NCBI GenBank assembly: GCA_001662655.1
Contig: KV460209.1
DNA from: Pseudogymnoascus verrucosus
Lineage: Eukaryota
Length of the DNA stretch: 64,000 nucleotides
Strand: one strand, 5' to 3'
Program-made: the position numbers and the translations under genes
Notes under the pieces: model-generated
Seen by the model: only the letters and a program-made list of their open reading frames with translations
The model's database searches: none
What the model was told of the DNA's origin: nothing
Shown: positions 1 through 12,334 of the stretch, in pieces
How the letters are laid out: each line of letters begins with the position of its first letter
Position numbering within the stretch: the stretch's first letter is position 1

Positions 1-2371
1 GGGCAAGCAACAGCCTCACAATCGCCTCATGGCCTTTTCCAGCAGCGAAATATAGAGATGTCACCCTTAGGCCAGTAAGCTTTGACGATGGGTCGACACC
101 ATCTGTTGCAAGTAGCAACTTTACAACCGCTTCGTGCCCATTCTCAGCTGCGTAAGAAAGCGGTGTTCGCTCGTTGCTATCCTTTGCATCTGGACTCTGC
201 CTGCCAACTAAAAACTGCACAGCTTTCTCGAGCCCAAAGTATGCCGCTAAATGTAGCCCCGTCATTTTTCGTGGTTGGTGAAGCCTAACTATGGCTATTT
301 GGGTTATTACTCCATATAGTTGTGATTGACTCGCGGCCTCAACCTGATCTTGTTTGTCGAGGAAAGTGGCAACTTCTGGGATAAGTGTCGAATCCTCGCG
401 AGCATGGAGCCCCCAATTATGTGCCGCGTAGCTGTAGAGCACATTATCCTCCTCCCGTTGTTGTAGTTGCTTGTCTTCTAGCCAAATTCCACTCCCAAAC
501 TGTTCAAATGAGAGATATGTGCAGCATATTGCTGCCATATTGGTCTCTATTTGAGGAAACCATTTCCCTTGCGTCCGCTTGAAGTATTGCTGTGCTGTGT
601 AGTGGACTAACCGGATGATACCGCTCTCTTCATCGATTGTAACCAACCCGGCGCATACAGAGACCATGTCTTCGACTGGACATATATTATCTTCGTCAAA
701 TTCAAACGATTCTCGCTCGATAGCAAGTGCGACCTCAAGTTGAGATGTGGTAAGAGGTGTCTTTGCGCAAGTGATCCAATAGATAACCTGCACGGCAAGC
801 TCCCTTTCGTCACTAATCTGACCTTCAATTCTCTCCATGGCATCCTCGTACGCCTTGTCATATGTCTCATCGTACGCTTGAAACCCGCTCGGCAAGTCTT
901 CTAAAGCTTTCCGAATAGCCTTTGGTGACTTTTTGCCTTTTATCGCATCAAGGTAGAGCTTTGCAAGTAGGAACCTAGATGTAGATTAGAGTTATTTCTC
1001 CAGTATATGAGCATAACATACATTCCATCAACAGCATTCGCAATCCTCTTCTTTATCTCATCCTGTAGGTCTGGGCTCTGACGTACACACCTAGGGAGAC
1101 CTTGGATATGACCGTCGATGTATCTGCGTACATCGTCCGGGTGTGCAACGATCTCTCTCTGAATAGCATCCGTAAACCTTTCCCTGATTTCAGGGATAAA
1201 TCTCGACGTCGCAAATATGTTTATGCGTGTTTTACACTCAGCCTGGAGATTAAGGATGGCTTCCAAGAATTTTGTTCGGCCACTGTCGGATACTTGACAC
1301 TCATCTAGGGCGTCGACGATAATGAAGACCCTCGAATATATGGTTGTAGCCACCAACCTAAGACTGCTTAAAATTTCGGCAAAAGACATCTGCTTCTTTT
1401 CCCACTTATAGCGATTATAGAGGGTCTGCACATTATTCGGGATAGAACGCTGGCGTTGAATTAGCTGCTTCAGCAGGCTCGCTAGGAGCTCTTCGGCCCT
1501 CTGCTCGTGTTGCCGCCGGAAGTTACAATAAAGGTACGCAACGCCAATGCTCTTGTCATCCTGGAAGCGATTATTCAGCTCGTCAATTGCGACAGAGGTG
1601 AGTATCGTTTTCCCAGCTCCAGGCATACCAGGGCAAAACAATGTCTTGCTAGTCTCTACCCACTCTTTGAACTCGGGGGATTCCAAAAGCCACTTTCCAG
1701 TTCCTACATGCCGCCGATTAATAAAGTCGTTATGCTGAGGTCCATAGTTGAGTGGGGTAATCCAGTCAAGAACAACATCATGTTCTTTATGCCGTTCTTG
1801 ACTGTCTTGCCGCACATGCAACTGATCCAAGCTGGCTAGTATCCCTACAGATATTTGACTAAGATTTTTTAGTCAACTGCTCATCTTCAGAGGATATACT
1901 TAATTACCTGTCAAATTTCCCTTGAAATGCGTTCCAGAGGGTAACATTCACGATAATACGACTTCGAAGCTCCTTTATATCGTCCGGTTCCCATTTAAGT
2001 CTATTCCAGATTCTTTTCGCTCTGCTCCCGGCACCTGCATAGCCCGACTTTAGCTCACTGTACTTGTCCAGCGTTCTTTTCAGCTCACTAAGAACGTCAC
2101 AGCAGCTATTGGTGATTTCCCTCAGTTCCTTCGCCTGTTTCTCATCGAGATCCGGTCCAGACAGTCGATCTTCAACATCTTGAAGCACGATAGAAAGACT
2201 TCTCGCCCTACATAACCCGAATAGTTAGCCATGGCTAAAGAATTGTTGGGATGTTACACACTCGTCAGAGATGGCCTTAAATTGACTTGGCGCATTGACG
2301 AATTCCTTTCGGATTCTGTTGGCAAGCTCGACCGCTGCAATAATGTCGCCTACGCTGAAACCAAAGCTCAT
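1..2371 (-). CDS. Fungal NLR: N-terminal HeLo-like/SesA-type domain + NACHT + ankyrin repeats (multi-exon, 3' end beyond window)
   Basis: Starts MSFGFSVGDIIAAVELANRIRKEF (ATG 2371). Walker A GMPGAGKT, YLYCNFRR and Walker B FIIVDALDE. Downstream IIRLVHYTAQQYF, GLHLAAYFG and RTPLSYAAENGHEAVVKLLL ankyrin repeats stay open to position 1. Confidence 0.9.
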
Positions 2372-2978
2372 TGTGATTTTGACCTACTCGTTCTTCGTGG
2401 AGGGGAATGGTGGTGGAGGGGTTGTTACACTCATGCAAATGAGCTTATCGCTTGCGCTTAACCCGATGAGGGTTGCTGCGCACTGAACGAGCACCCCCAA
2501 GTAATAAAGATGTAGTCAAATCCCGTCACACAAGGTAAATGGTTCGTGCCTGGCTGTAGAAGGCTCCACAGCGGCAACGGCACCGGGTGGTGTTCCAAAC
2601 TTTTTAGCGGGGATCCCAGAATATGGCAGCGCAATCGGAAGATCTTTACTTCGTACCCCGCCTATTTCAATTCTAGGGCTTGTCGAACATGGACTCCAGA
2701 TTCCACTTGCGGAACAGAACAGTTAAAAAACAATTCTCTCTGATGGTAGTATATTCAAAGTGAAATGTACAATTAGATAAAATCTACAGGCCTTGTAGGT
2801 GGCTGTGGTGAGTCCGTTAGGGTATGTAAGTAGTACAGTACCAAGATTATTTGAGATGCCAAGATCTCAGCCGATGGAGAGAAATAACCCCAACCTGGAA
2901 GCAGAAACATTACTTTCCACTCAACGAAGGACTGGAAACCCGCCCAAGACAAAAAAATACTAGACACATAACTGCAAA

Positions 2979-3770
2979 ATGGCACAGCAGTACGGCCACA
3001 TATCCGCCCAGTTTGAGAGCACCATATCAAGCTTCACTAACGAATCGGGATTCGTGGTGGTGCGCACCGCCTATGCCGACGACGATGCCACCGACGCTGC
3101 ACAGTGGTCCACGGCACTTGCCAAGCTACAAGAACTCACACTGCCCTCCGACAAGTTCGCTCTTCCAGTCATCGCCGATCCAGCTCTCAAGGGAGCCTCG
3201 TATGATGCAGTCCGCACGGCCTTCAACACCTGGGTGAACAACTACGAGGAGGGGCACATGTGGCAATCAGACGTGCGTCGGGATTGCTGCCTTGTCCTAG
3301 ACGGCCCGGCACTAGCATCACTCCTCCAAGCACCCGAGCAAGGGGGGAGTCCTAAACAAGCAACCGGGCAAACACGGAGGTCCAAACAACCCGCCCCAGT
3401 GCCGTGGGTCGTTGTTGTCGATGGAAATCATCCTTCTACAATACCTTATAACGGAGGCGGACCGTATCTGGGCTGGATGCGGGTGCCTGCCCATACAGTG
3501 GAAGATCTATTTGTGGACATTGAGGTGACTTCGTTAGTAGAAGCGTGTCCGACACGGGTATACGATGGACAGCTACCGCTATACGGCAGGGAGTTGATTG
3601 ATCCTGAGGGAGGCGTCGAGGGCCGATACAAGTTCCCTCAGGGCACCCCCCGAGGCGTAGACGCAGGCAACGCTATGCTAGACGACATTGAACGGGCTCT
3701 TGGTAAGGAGGCGGTCACACAGTCACGCGGCGTTAGCGGAAAAGTAAGACAGAGGGGTTCTGTTGCGTAA
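2979..3770 (+). CDS. Hypothetical protein (263 aa, intronless)
   Basis: Long ORF with plausible ATG context and protein-like composition. The GFVVVRTAY motif resembles an uncharacterised fungal family; no function recognised. Confidence 0.65.
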   Translation: MAQQYGHISAQFESTISSFTNESGFVVVRTAYADDDATDAAQWSTALAKLQELTLPSDKFALPVIADPALKGASYDAVRTAFNTWVNNYEEGHMWQSDVRRDCCLVLDGPALASLLQAPEQGGSPKQATGQTRRSKQPAPVPWVVVVDGNHPSTIPYNGGGPYLGWMRVPAHTVEDLFVDIEVTSLVEACPTRVYDGQLPLYGRELIDPEGGVEGRYKFPQGTPRGVDAGNAMLDDIERALGKEAVTQSRGVSGKVRQRGSVA

Positions 3771-4006
3771 AACTCTTTATAATGTAAGTATGTCATGATT
3801 AAGGGCAAGGCCCACGTTGGAGATGCGATGGCAAGTGGCTGGGGCGGCGGGGCGGCCGGGCTATACCATACGTATGATGGCGTGCAAGTGGACGTAAGTG
3901 GTAGGGCTCTGATTGGAAATAAGCTTGGTGGGATGGACTTCTAGGAATGCTGTAGTTTATGTTATGCACTCTTTAGAAGCCGAATTTATTCAGCCATCAT
4001 TATTAT

Positions 4007-5037
4007 CTATTCAAAGCCGGAACTTATAACTAATCGGCGTGAATCTAATTTAAGGCATAACCTATTGTCTAATTTGACACCTTTACTAAAGAAACCTTGC
4101 CTTAATCCATCAAGGTACATCTCGTAGGCGGGCATATAGCCATCCACTAGGAATGTTAGTAACAGCACTGATAAGCCAAAATACTACAAGACCTACCAAA
4201 TTTCCGAACCTCGAGCTCCGTCATACCCAACCCACCCGTTCTTTGCCGGAGTTTCTGTTCCTGCTCTTCTCGCCACATGTAAATAGTTTCTAAGCTCTGA
4301 ACATCAAGATGAACCATGAAGTCAAGCATCGAGCTACTCATAAAACTATCACAGTAGTTTTTGAGTTCATCATCGAGCAGCAACACATCCTGCAACCGCG
4401 TAGAAGCAAGTTTTTTATCTGTTCCTTGAGCGTCTCTCCATATGTTCTTGACCTCGGTGTGGCCTAAGGGTTGGAATCCTATACACCAACCTTCGAATAT
4501 TATCACGTCTAGCGCAGGGTGACTATCCGTCTTCTTCCAGTTCGCCTGGGTAACCCGGTCTCCCTTTCCGTTGAACAGGCTCTTGTCGAACGCTGGCCAG
4601 AATCATGCCCCGGATTTGCCATCGCCCACCATATCATCTGTCTCTGGACGGAATTGGCGAAAGAATGCCTTAGCTAGCTGGACATCATGTGTACCAAGTT
4701 GACCTCGTGTCCGCAGCAAAGAGTTTTCCGGGTTCGCTAGTATTATTCGTTTTTGCTCAGCATGAGTGTGGTATAAGTCGTCCAAGGAGATTTCTGCAAC
4801 ATCGAGATTATAACTTGTGGATAACTTGGTTACAAGTCGTGACGCTACTGTAGACTTTCCGGATCCCTGACATCCGGAGATTCCGACAATAATTGTATGG
4901 TTGCGTTGGTCTCTAGACGAACAAATATTTAGTGTGTGTTGTGCTTTTTGTTGTCTTTGCTCCGCTTTGAGCTGGAGAAGTCGAGGTACGAGGAACTCTA
5001 AAATGATATCCTCCGTATGATTCATAATGAACAGCAT
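4007..5037 (-). pseudogene. D-glycerate 3-kinase-like P-loop kinase (Tda10/GLYK family) interrupted by one in-frame TGA at 4603-4605
   Basis: Motifs IVGISGCQGSGKST, SLDDLY, LLRTRGQLGTHD, PAFDKSLFNGKGDR, IIFEGWC, WREEQE and a last exon DGYMPAYEMY. ORFs 4603-5037 and 4156-4506 are in the same frame, separated only by the TGA. Confidence 0.8.
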
Positions 5038-5711
5038 ACATAAAGAATAATCTCTAATCCTCTGCGTTACTATACCTTTATATGAGCTTAACGTACTGCG
5101 TGAGAAAGTTGCAATTAAAAGCTTGAAGCCCCTTAAGCCCTTTCACGGCTAATAGATCAACCGACGGCTAAATTAGTGGTTATACTCTCGGCCACGGCCA
5201 ACAATAAATTTGCATGGAGGTAGTATTTAATGCTAGATGATCTAAAGTGAGAATGCAGTGACAGAAGCAGGCCTCAATGAGAGAAATCATTATTTAACAT
5301 GGGCGTATGTATATTCCATCTCTGCTGCTTCGTTTATCGATACATAGCATCCACCAGCCCCCTTCGTCTTGATGGACGTCTCCATTAAGAATACATAGGT
5401 GTTATCCATGCGCATACCACAAACTAAATATGTTGGTTTACTATTATATTGTCTGTTCTACACTCAACCGATATGAGTGCCTAGATATGAACGCCGGGAA
5501 AGCCTTGAAGTTGAGACATTCTAGCAACTTAAACTAGTTCGGCAACAATGTCATAATTCGAAATAGCTAAAAGGGCATCATGGTACATTGACCTTTAATT
5601 GTAAAAAATAAAGAATAGAAGTATTCCATTAAATTAAAAGGGGTTTCTTTGCATGATGGTTCTTGGTATCGTCGTAAACTCAATTCGCATTATTCTAGAA
5701 TGGCAGTGCTA

Positions 5712-6793
5712 TTACCAAAACAAGTCTTCTTCCTGTTGTCTTGACAAGTCCGAATTGCTCCATGGATCGATTGTACTTGGCCCAACAGATGAATTCAAAG
5801 GACTAGATTTGTGAGATGGCAGAACTGGTAACACTTCTTTTCTGGTAAGAACATCTGCACTGTTAGGGATAGCTTCCGCAGGGCCTCCAATCGATGTATT
5901 AGAAGGATCAGCCGTTGCAGTCGTCGTGTTGTTATGTGGATCGGCCATTGTAGCCGTTTTATCGTCGTGAGTCGGTCGTATCGCGTCACGATTTTGAGGC
6001 TGATAGTCGAACGTATCCGGCATGGATTGGAGCATTTGAGGGTTTCCAACTTCCCATGATCCTTGCTCAAACGGGGTGCCTAGATCCATCTCATCTGGAA
6101 CTGGAGAATCCTGTCGAACTTTGCGAGGTGTGGAGGACGTCACGCCCGCAGTATCGTAGTCTACCTGCCACCTACGAACTTCAGCAACAGTGCTTAGAGG
6201 GGCGTCGTCCCAGACTGATTTCCTTGGCCCGAACGATGCTAGTTGAGCAGTCAAAAGATCATTATCTTTTGATGAAGATGCTGCTTCTCTTTGTCTTTGC
6301 GCGGATGGGCGTAACTCCATTCCGTCGGCAAGTAGTTCATCGGGGATTACACGGAGAAGGCCCACAAGAAGGTCTTCTGTCTCCTCTAGTCGTCTCTGAA
6401 TCATCTTCTTCTCCTCTTTCACTGGACCCCTACGTGATATGAGCATCATTGCATAAATGTTGCAAAGGGTTGAAATATTGGCCGTACCTTCTCTTTTGGT
6501 CCGTCCATGTGCAATTTCTCCCTGAGGTGCGACATTGGCGGCAAATGGGCCTTTCCCACCACAACTCAATAATCAGCGCCAATTCTTATTTTCTACGGAA
6601 GAGTATATAATGGTAACAGGAGGAACAAAACTAGTTACACACTTTTCTCCGCTACACTGTACAGGTATAAGCATGAAGTAGAATCAGACTAATTTTGCTA
6701 GTGAGATCTTACCTTTTGTCGTCTGTTGTGGCAGTCGATGCAGGCGACAGAGATGCGGTGTTGCCGAGGCTTCTGAGTGGATTCGGATGCCAT
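5712..6793 (-). CDS. Zn(II)2Cys6 transcription factor with DNA-binding domain and coiled coil, no middle homology region
   Basis: Spliced N-terminus MASESTQKPRQHRISVA-CIDC-HNRRQK-C-SGEKPI-CRQC-RTSGRN-C fits CX2CX6CX6CX2CX6C. It is followed by a heptad segment (IQRRLEETEDLLVGLL) and a disordered tail ending EEDLFW. Confidence 0.85.
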
Positions 6794-7014
6794 CGATTAA
6801 TCCCTTAGCAGTCTTTGGAAGTGAGTCTGTGGGAAAGGTAGATCGATCGCTAGAAAACGCAGGAGATAAAGAGGGTAAAAGTTTAAGGGTATATTAGTGC
6901 CTCTGCCTACTTATCTCGGCTAATCTTTTAACCTCAACCATGTCTGGATGTGTCCCACGCTGGCCCATCCCAGCCAACCTCATCAGAACGTCCGCCTAAT
7001 CACCAATTGCTGGC

Positions 7015-9217
7015 ATGTCCGCAAGTTCGATTTTCAGCGCGCCCGAGATAGGATGTCTTACTGCAACCAAGCCGCAGGAGACCAGGTTCACCGGCAGCAG
7101 CAGTGGCGTTTTCTTTGTCAACACTGTGAAGCAAGCATTCGCTTCTCTCGCCCACGGTTCGCCACAGGCTCAGAATCTCCCTCCTAGCGAGGAGACGCTC
7201 GTCAGCATCGATGACAATAATGGTCGAACCACTTATCGAGCAGATGGCCATGGCCAGTATCATTCCTCGGGCGTGTCAGGGCTCGGCATCTTGCCGCCAC
7301 GAGACGTCGCGCAAAACCTAACTACGGAGTACTTCAGAGATTGGCATCCATTATTCCCCTTCCTCTCTGGACCAGACTTTCTTTCAGACCTCGGGGCAGT
7401 CTATGACGACCAAGAACGAGATCCAGCCAAAATGTCAGGTCCACAGCTATCCCGCTTCGTCATTGTACAAGGCGTTATCAACATCGCTGGGTCACAGTCA
7501 CCCGGCGTCCTACCAGTTGCTTGCCAATTCTCCGACCCTACGTCGTTGCTACAAGCATTGGCTCCCCTCGCGTTTCGCTACCAGACGAGTTCCATCCAAG
7601 CGTACTTAGTGGTGCAACTTTATCTCACTTTGAACATGTCATTGAGGCATGCTGCATCCATAGGCGGATTTTTGTGGCGGTCTTTAGCCCAATGCGGTCT
7701 CCACAGATGTCCGTTTCGATATGGACAACTCGAGCCTCAAGACCAGATTATGCGCCAGCGTATCTTCTGGAGCGCTTACGTACTAGATCGCTACCTTAGT
7801 CAAGCAATTGGAATTCCTCTTGGTATTTCTGATTCGGATGTTGATGTGTGTATCCCTACAAGGATAGAGTTGCATGGTTCGGCTGGAACATCTCAACATC
7901 ACTTAAATGGCGGTTCTAGCCATGACCCTAATGTCTCATCTACCGACGCAAATACAGCAGAGGATGGAATATTTGTCGCTAAGGAGCAGACTAAAGACCA
8001 GTTACCGTTCCAGAAGGAAGAGATCCTTGCGAACTTTGTTGAATATGGCCGACTGCTTGGCCGCATCGTTGAAACATTTCACAAGTCAATACACGTCCGA
8101 GGCTGGGACAACCAATCCGTCCTCGTCCTTCGTTCTGATGTGGATCGTTGGTTTAATAACCTGCCAGATGCTTTGCAAACTTCCAGAATGCATAGCAACC
8201 CAATGGCACCCGGTCTCGTAGCTATTAAGGCTCGTTTCGGCCCATTCTTTTTGATTCTTTATCAACAACTAATTATCTTACTCAATCGACCAAGTCTTTC
8301 TGTTAGAGACCACAGCGGCGAATTCCAGACCGCTTTACAATCTTCTATATCAGCTGCCTGCCTCACAATATCTGCAGTCCAGACTGAAGATCGACTTCTA
8401 TGGTCTGGATATCTATCTTCGGTGTGGATGTCTGCTCTAATCATTACCTTCGCTTGCCAGCTAGGATTATACAACCGTAACAAGAGCATTCGGTAAGCTA
8501 TGCGTGTTTGATCGTCTGTTCGCTTTTTCACTTTCTCGTTCAGGGGTCGTGTACTTTCTCTGTTTCTCTGCCCATTATGTGCATTTCAATCTCCGTAAAC
8601 GGTCTGGCTAAGGCATTTTTTTAGTGGAATTCAGACATGCTTGACCATCCTGCAAGGGATGGCTCCACGTTGGCCTACAGCTCAACACTGCTCTGAAACC
8701 TTAACAGCCCTGCTCAAGGGTTTAATTACCTCGAAATCCGGAAATTCCATGCATCCGCCAGGAATGAGCAATTATATGCCCTCTCGAATTATTTCAACGC
8801 AAGACACGCCAGCATTTAAAAGAACAAGGCTTGCTATGCAAGATGAGGGTTCTGACAGACTCACAAACTCTCTGGTAGGGTGACTCGTCGACAAGATTGC
8901 TTTCACATAACATTAGCAATGACTATTACTAACTGATACAGGAGACACAAAACAACGTGGCCGACAATAATATATCGTACCTAAGCAGACAAGCCACGGG
9001 TTCGGAGAGCGTGCGGCACGTCAACCGCTTTGCTGGACCGAACGGAAGACACCAGAATGAACTTATGTATGATTCGCAGCTTATGAATGCATTTAATGGA
9101 GTTTCTCGAGGCACACTTCCACATGATCACGGAATTGTTCAAAATGGCCAGGAATATGATATTTTTAGCAGTATTAGCTGGGAAGCACTGTACGAACAAG
9201 ATATCGATCAGATTTAG
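7015..9217 (+). CDS. Fungal-specific transcription factor (Fungal_trans/MHR domain) with no visible Zn cluster
   Basis: Motifs RFTGSSSGVFF, YFRDWHPLFPFL, GLHRCP, RQRIFWSAYVLDRYLSQAIGIPLGISDSDVDV and an acidic C-terminal activation-like tail. Introns at about 8493-8624 and 8876-8941. Confidence 0.85.
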
Positions 9218-9320
9218 TACTATTAAATAAACAATCTAATTTATCAAAGGTTTAATTCATCTTATTTCCATGGCACTAGACCTGGTCGCTCCCGCCAAAC
9301 CAGTGAGCACATTCATGTGT

Positions 9321-10401
9321 CTAATTGCAGTGTTCGGGCACCGGTGTCAAGAGCTGTTCACCACTTATGGCTCTTCTTGCATTCTCCATCGCCATCCGTT
9401 CCATCTTCGCTAACGTCTCAGTCGTATGCGTGCCAAGATGGGGAACAAGAAGTGCCCGTTCGTTGGATATGAGCTTCTCATTCACGATAGGCTCCTTTTC
9501 ATACACGTCCAAACCGACACTAGTGATATGGCCGCTCTCTAACGCATCCGCCATGGCAGATTCGTCGATGATGGCACCGCGAGCCGTATTAACGATAACT
9601 ATTCCTTTCTTCATCTTGTCGATCTCGGGCTTGCTAATCAGGTGCTTCGTCGCAGCGAATAGAGGAACATGTACTGAGATGACATCGCTCGTGCTCAGAA
9701 GCTCATCGAAGCCTACATAAGTACCTTCTTCGGCCTCGGTCGTCGTAGGCTTTGTGCGAGTGTAATAGATGATATTCATCCCAAATGCCCTAGCTCTTTG
9801 AGCGACAGCTTTACCGATCCTGCCCATGCCTAAGATGCCTAAGGTCTTTCCTGATGGATCATTACCGAAACCGACGTCCTTCTTGAAATTCCCTTGGCGG
9901 AGTCTCAGCAAACCAGGGTTTAGCTGTCGTAGGGCTCCTAAAAGAAGGAAGATGGTGAGATCTGCAGTGGCTTCTGTAACAGGATCAGGTGCATAGGTCA
10001 GGGTGATACCTCGAGCCTTGCATGCTGCGGTGTCGATTTGATCATAGCCCGCACCATTGTGACATATGGTTAGAAGAGAGTCTGGAAGGCGGTCAATGAA
10101 GGCCTTATCGAAGTTGCCAGCGACCTGTGCATCAGTCAGTTTAAGCTGATATCATGCAATATTAATAAGCAAAATGAATAAGAGCGAACAATAGACGTGA
10201 ATTTTTGCATACTGCTCCACTAGCCGATGTGCGATAAATGACCTGTGCACTTTGATATTTCGTACTAAGGTCCTGGAAAAACTCTTCTCGGGATTTACTT
10301 GTAACCGTCTGTGTGTCCGCTACCTTTCCCAGTGCCTGATAGTCGGCAAGAGCGTGGCGAACAGGGTTAAAAAAGAGGATTAAAGGACGTGGTTGCACCA
10401 T
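9321..10401 (-). CDS. D-isomer-specific 2-hydroxyacid dehydrogenase (glyoxylate/hydroxypyruvate reductase-like)
   Basis: Motifs ICHNGAGYDQID, VTEATADL, GKTLGILGMGRIG, VNTARG, GLDVYEKEP and PHLGTHT; one intron at about 10126-10210. Confidence 0.9.
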
Positions 10402-11116
10402 TTTGGGATTTAGTGGAATATGTGTGTGGTTGGTAAAACTACTCGGCACATATATTTTCTTAGAAAGAGATATAGCAATTGTGGTTTAACATTTCCGTTC
10501 TTATATTCCCCTAGGCAGTTCTCCGGTTGTTCACGAGGATGGGACAGGTCTGGGTAGGATGTGTGAGGCGTGCACTCGAATCATAGTTGAGGCTAAAAGT
10601 ATAGCCACCCCAAAAACACTAACCAAGAAAATTACATGAGGTATATTAGATGTACAATTCGTCATGTACGGATCCAGAGCGATATCTGTAGAAATAGAAC
10701 GTGTCTTTATGTATTAGGGCAGAGATAGTACATCGTTAGCATCATTAAAATATATCTGTGTTCTAAGTATCTGAATGCATTTCAAAACTGGAAGGTGGTT
10801 GGTTCTATGGTCTTTTCGCAAAGACGAATAAATGAGGATTAGTAGCATGAAACCTGTACGTATGATCGCTTGTACTGTGCCATGTAATAGTTTAGCTTCC
10901 TTGATTAGAAAAGATACCCATAAGATACGTAATAATTCATAATTCACTTCAAGATATGTACGATTATCGATTTTAACGGACAAGTTTTTGATAACTCTAC
11001 ACCCAAAACCAGTCCTAGAGCCGTCGCAAAGTGGCCGAGATAACACCCACGTAGGTTGTCATGCCAAGAAATACTCATGAACAGATATATTAATTTCTAT
11101 ATATAGTATCTAGAAC

Positions 11117-12334
11117 CTACGAGCTGCAAAATGCAATGCCCTTCTGGATATTACCCTTTAACTCCGCTATTGCGGTAGCTAGCAAGGTCTCTTCATGTTT
11201 AGAGATTTCGCTAACAGACAGTGCCTTCTCTGCTCCAGAAACGCCAAACTCAACTGGCACCGCAAAGTAGTCTACACCAAGTGACTTGGCTATTTTGTCT
11301 CCGCCTGGAATGCCAGGTAGGTACAGATAGCATTCCTCCTTAATGCCCTTCTCCCCCGAAGCAGCCTTTAGGATAGACTGAACGAACCTAGGTGAAATCT
11401 GGTTAACTTTACATCTGACGAAGGAATCACTTAGGAGAGACATACCTAAATCCTGCATATGCCATGCAAGTGGTGGCTGACCCTGCACCGGCCTTGGCCT
11501 TGACGATCTCATCGCCGCCAAATTGGACGCCTTTGCTATATGTTAGATTGTAGATTCATGTGTCATGTGTATTGGTACTTACGGTAGGTGATTGCATCTC
11601 TTTGATCATCAGTCAGTTTGACTAGAGGGTTGGCCTGGCTTAGCAGAGGCAAAATGGTTGCACCGCTGTGACCTCCCACCACGGGGATTCTCAGGGACTT
11701 AGGGTCTGAGATCTGGAGTGCCTGAGCTGTGAAAGTAGACGCCCTCACAACGTCGAGGGTAGTAACACCGAATACCTTCTTGGGGTCATAGACGTTGTGT
11801 TTCTTTAGCGTCTCAACGGCAATTGGTAAAGTGCTGTTGACAGGGTTTGTGATTATGAGAACAAATGCCTTGGGGCACACCTTAGCAATCTCAGTTACAA
11901 GATCACGAATGACAGAAGCGTTCGTCTCGAAGAGTTCTAGGGCACAATTGTTAGGTAAGAGGCCTCTATCATAAGACTTATGGCGAGATTCTCACGGTCA
12001 CGCGTCATGCCTGGCTTGCGAGCAATGCCGGCAGGTATCACGACAAGATCTGCGCCAGTCAATGCCTTACGAAGACCATCGTCTGCTGCGAGAAAACCAT
12101 TGACGGGCGCGGGGGTGTCGATGTGGTTAAGATCTATGGCGACACCAGGGGCGTGCACAATGTCGTAGAGAGACAATGCGGACACTAATGGGCTCTATTG
12201 ATACCATCATATGTGAGAAGAGTTCCACTTTGTAGTGTATAATTTGGTTAGGTGTTTAGGCTTACAGTCTTTAGAAGCAGACTTAGTGGTTGGCCAATCT
12301 GGCCGGCGGCCCCTAGAACAGAAACTTTATGCAT
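11117..12334 (-). CDS. NAD-dependent malate dehydrogenase paralog (divergent)
   Basis: Motifs [58 protein letters not shown] and [19 protein letters not shown]; about 5 exons. Confidence 0.9.

Noticed and set aside
100..130. Possible frameshift in the NLR ankyrin region
   Set aside because: Careful reading gives GTA AAG TTG CTA (VKLL) in frame. The ORF is absent from the track only because it runs off the window edge.
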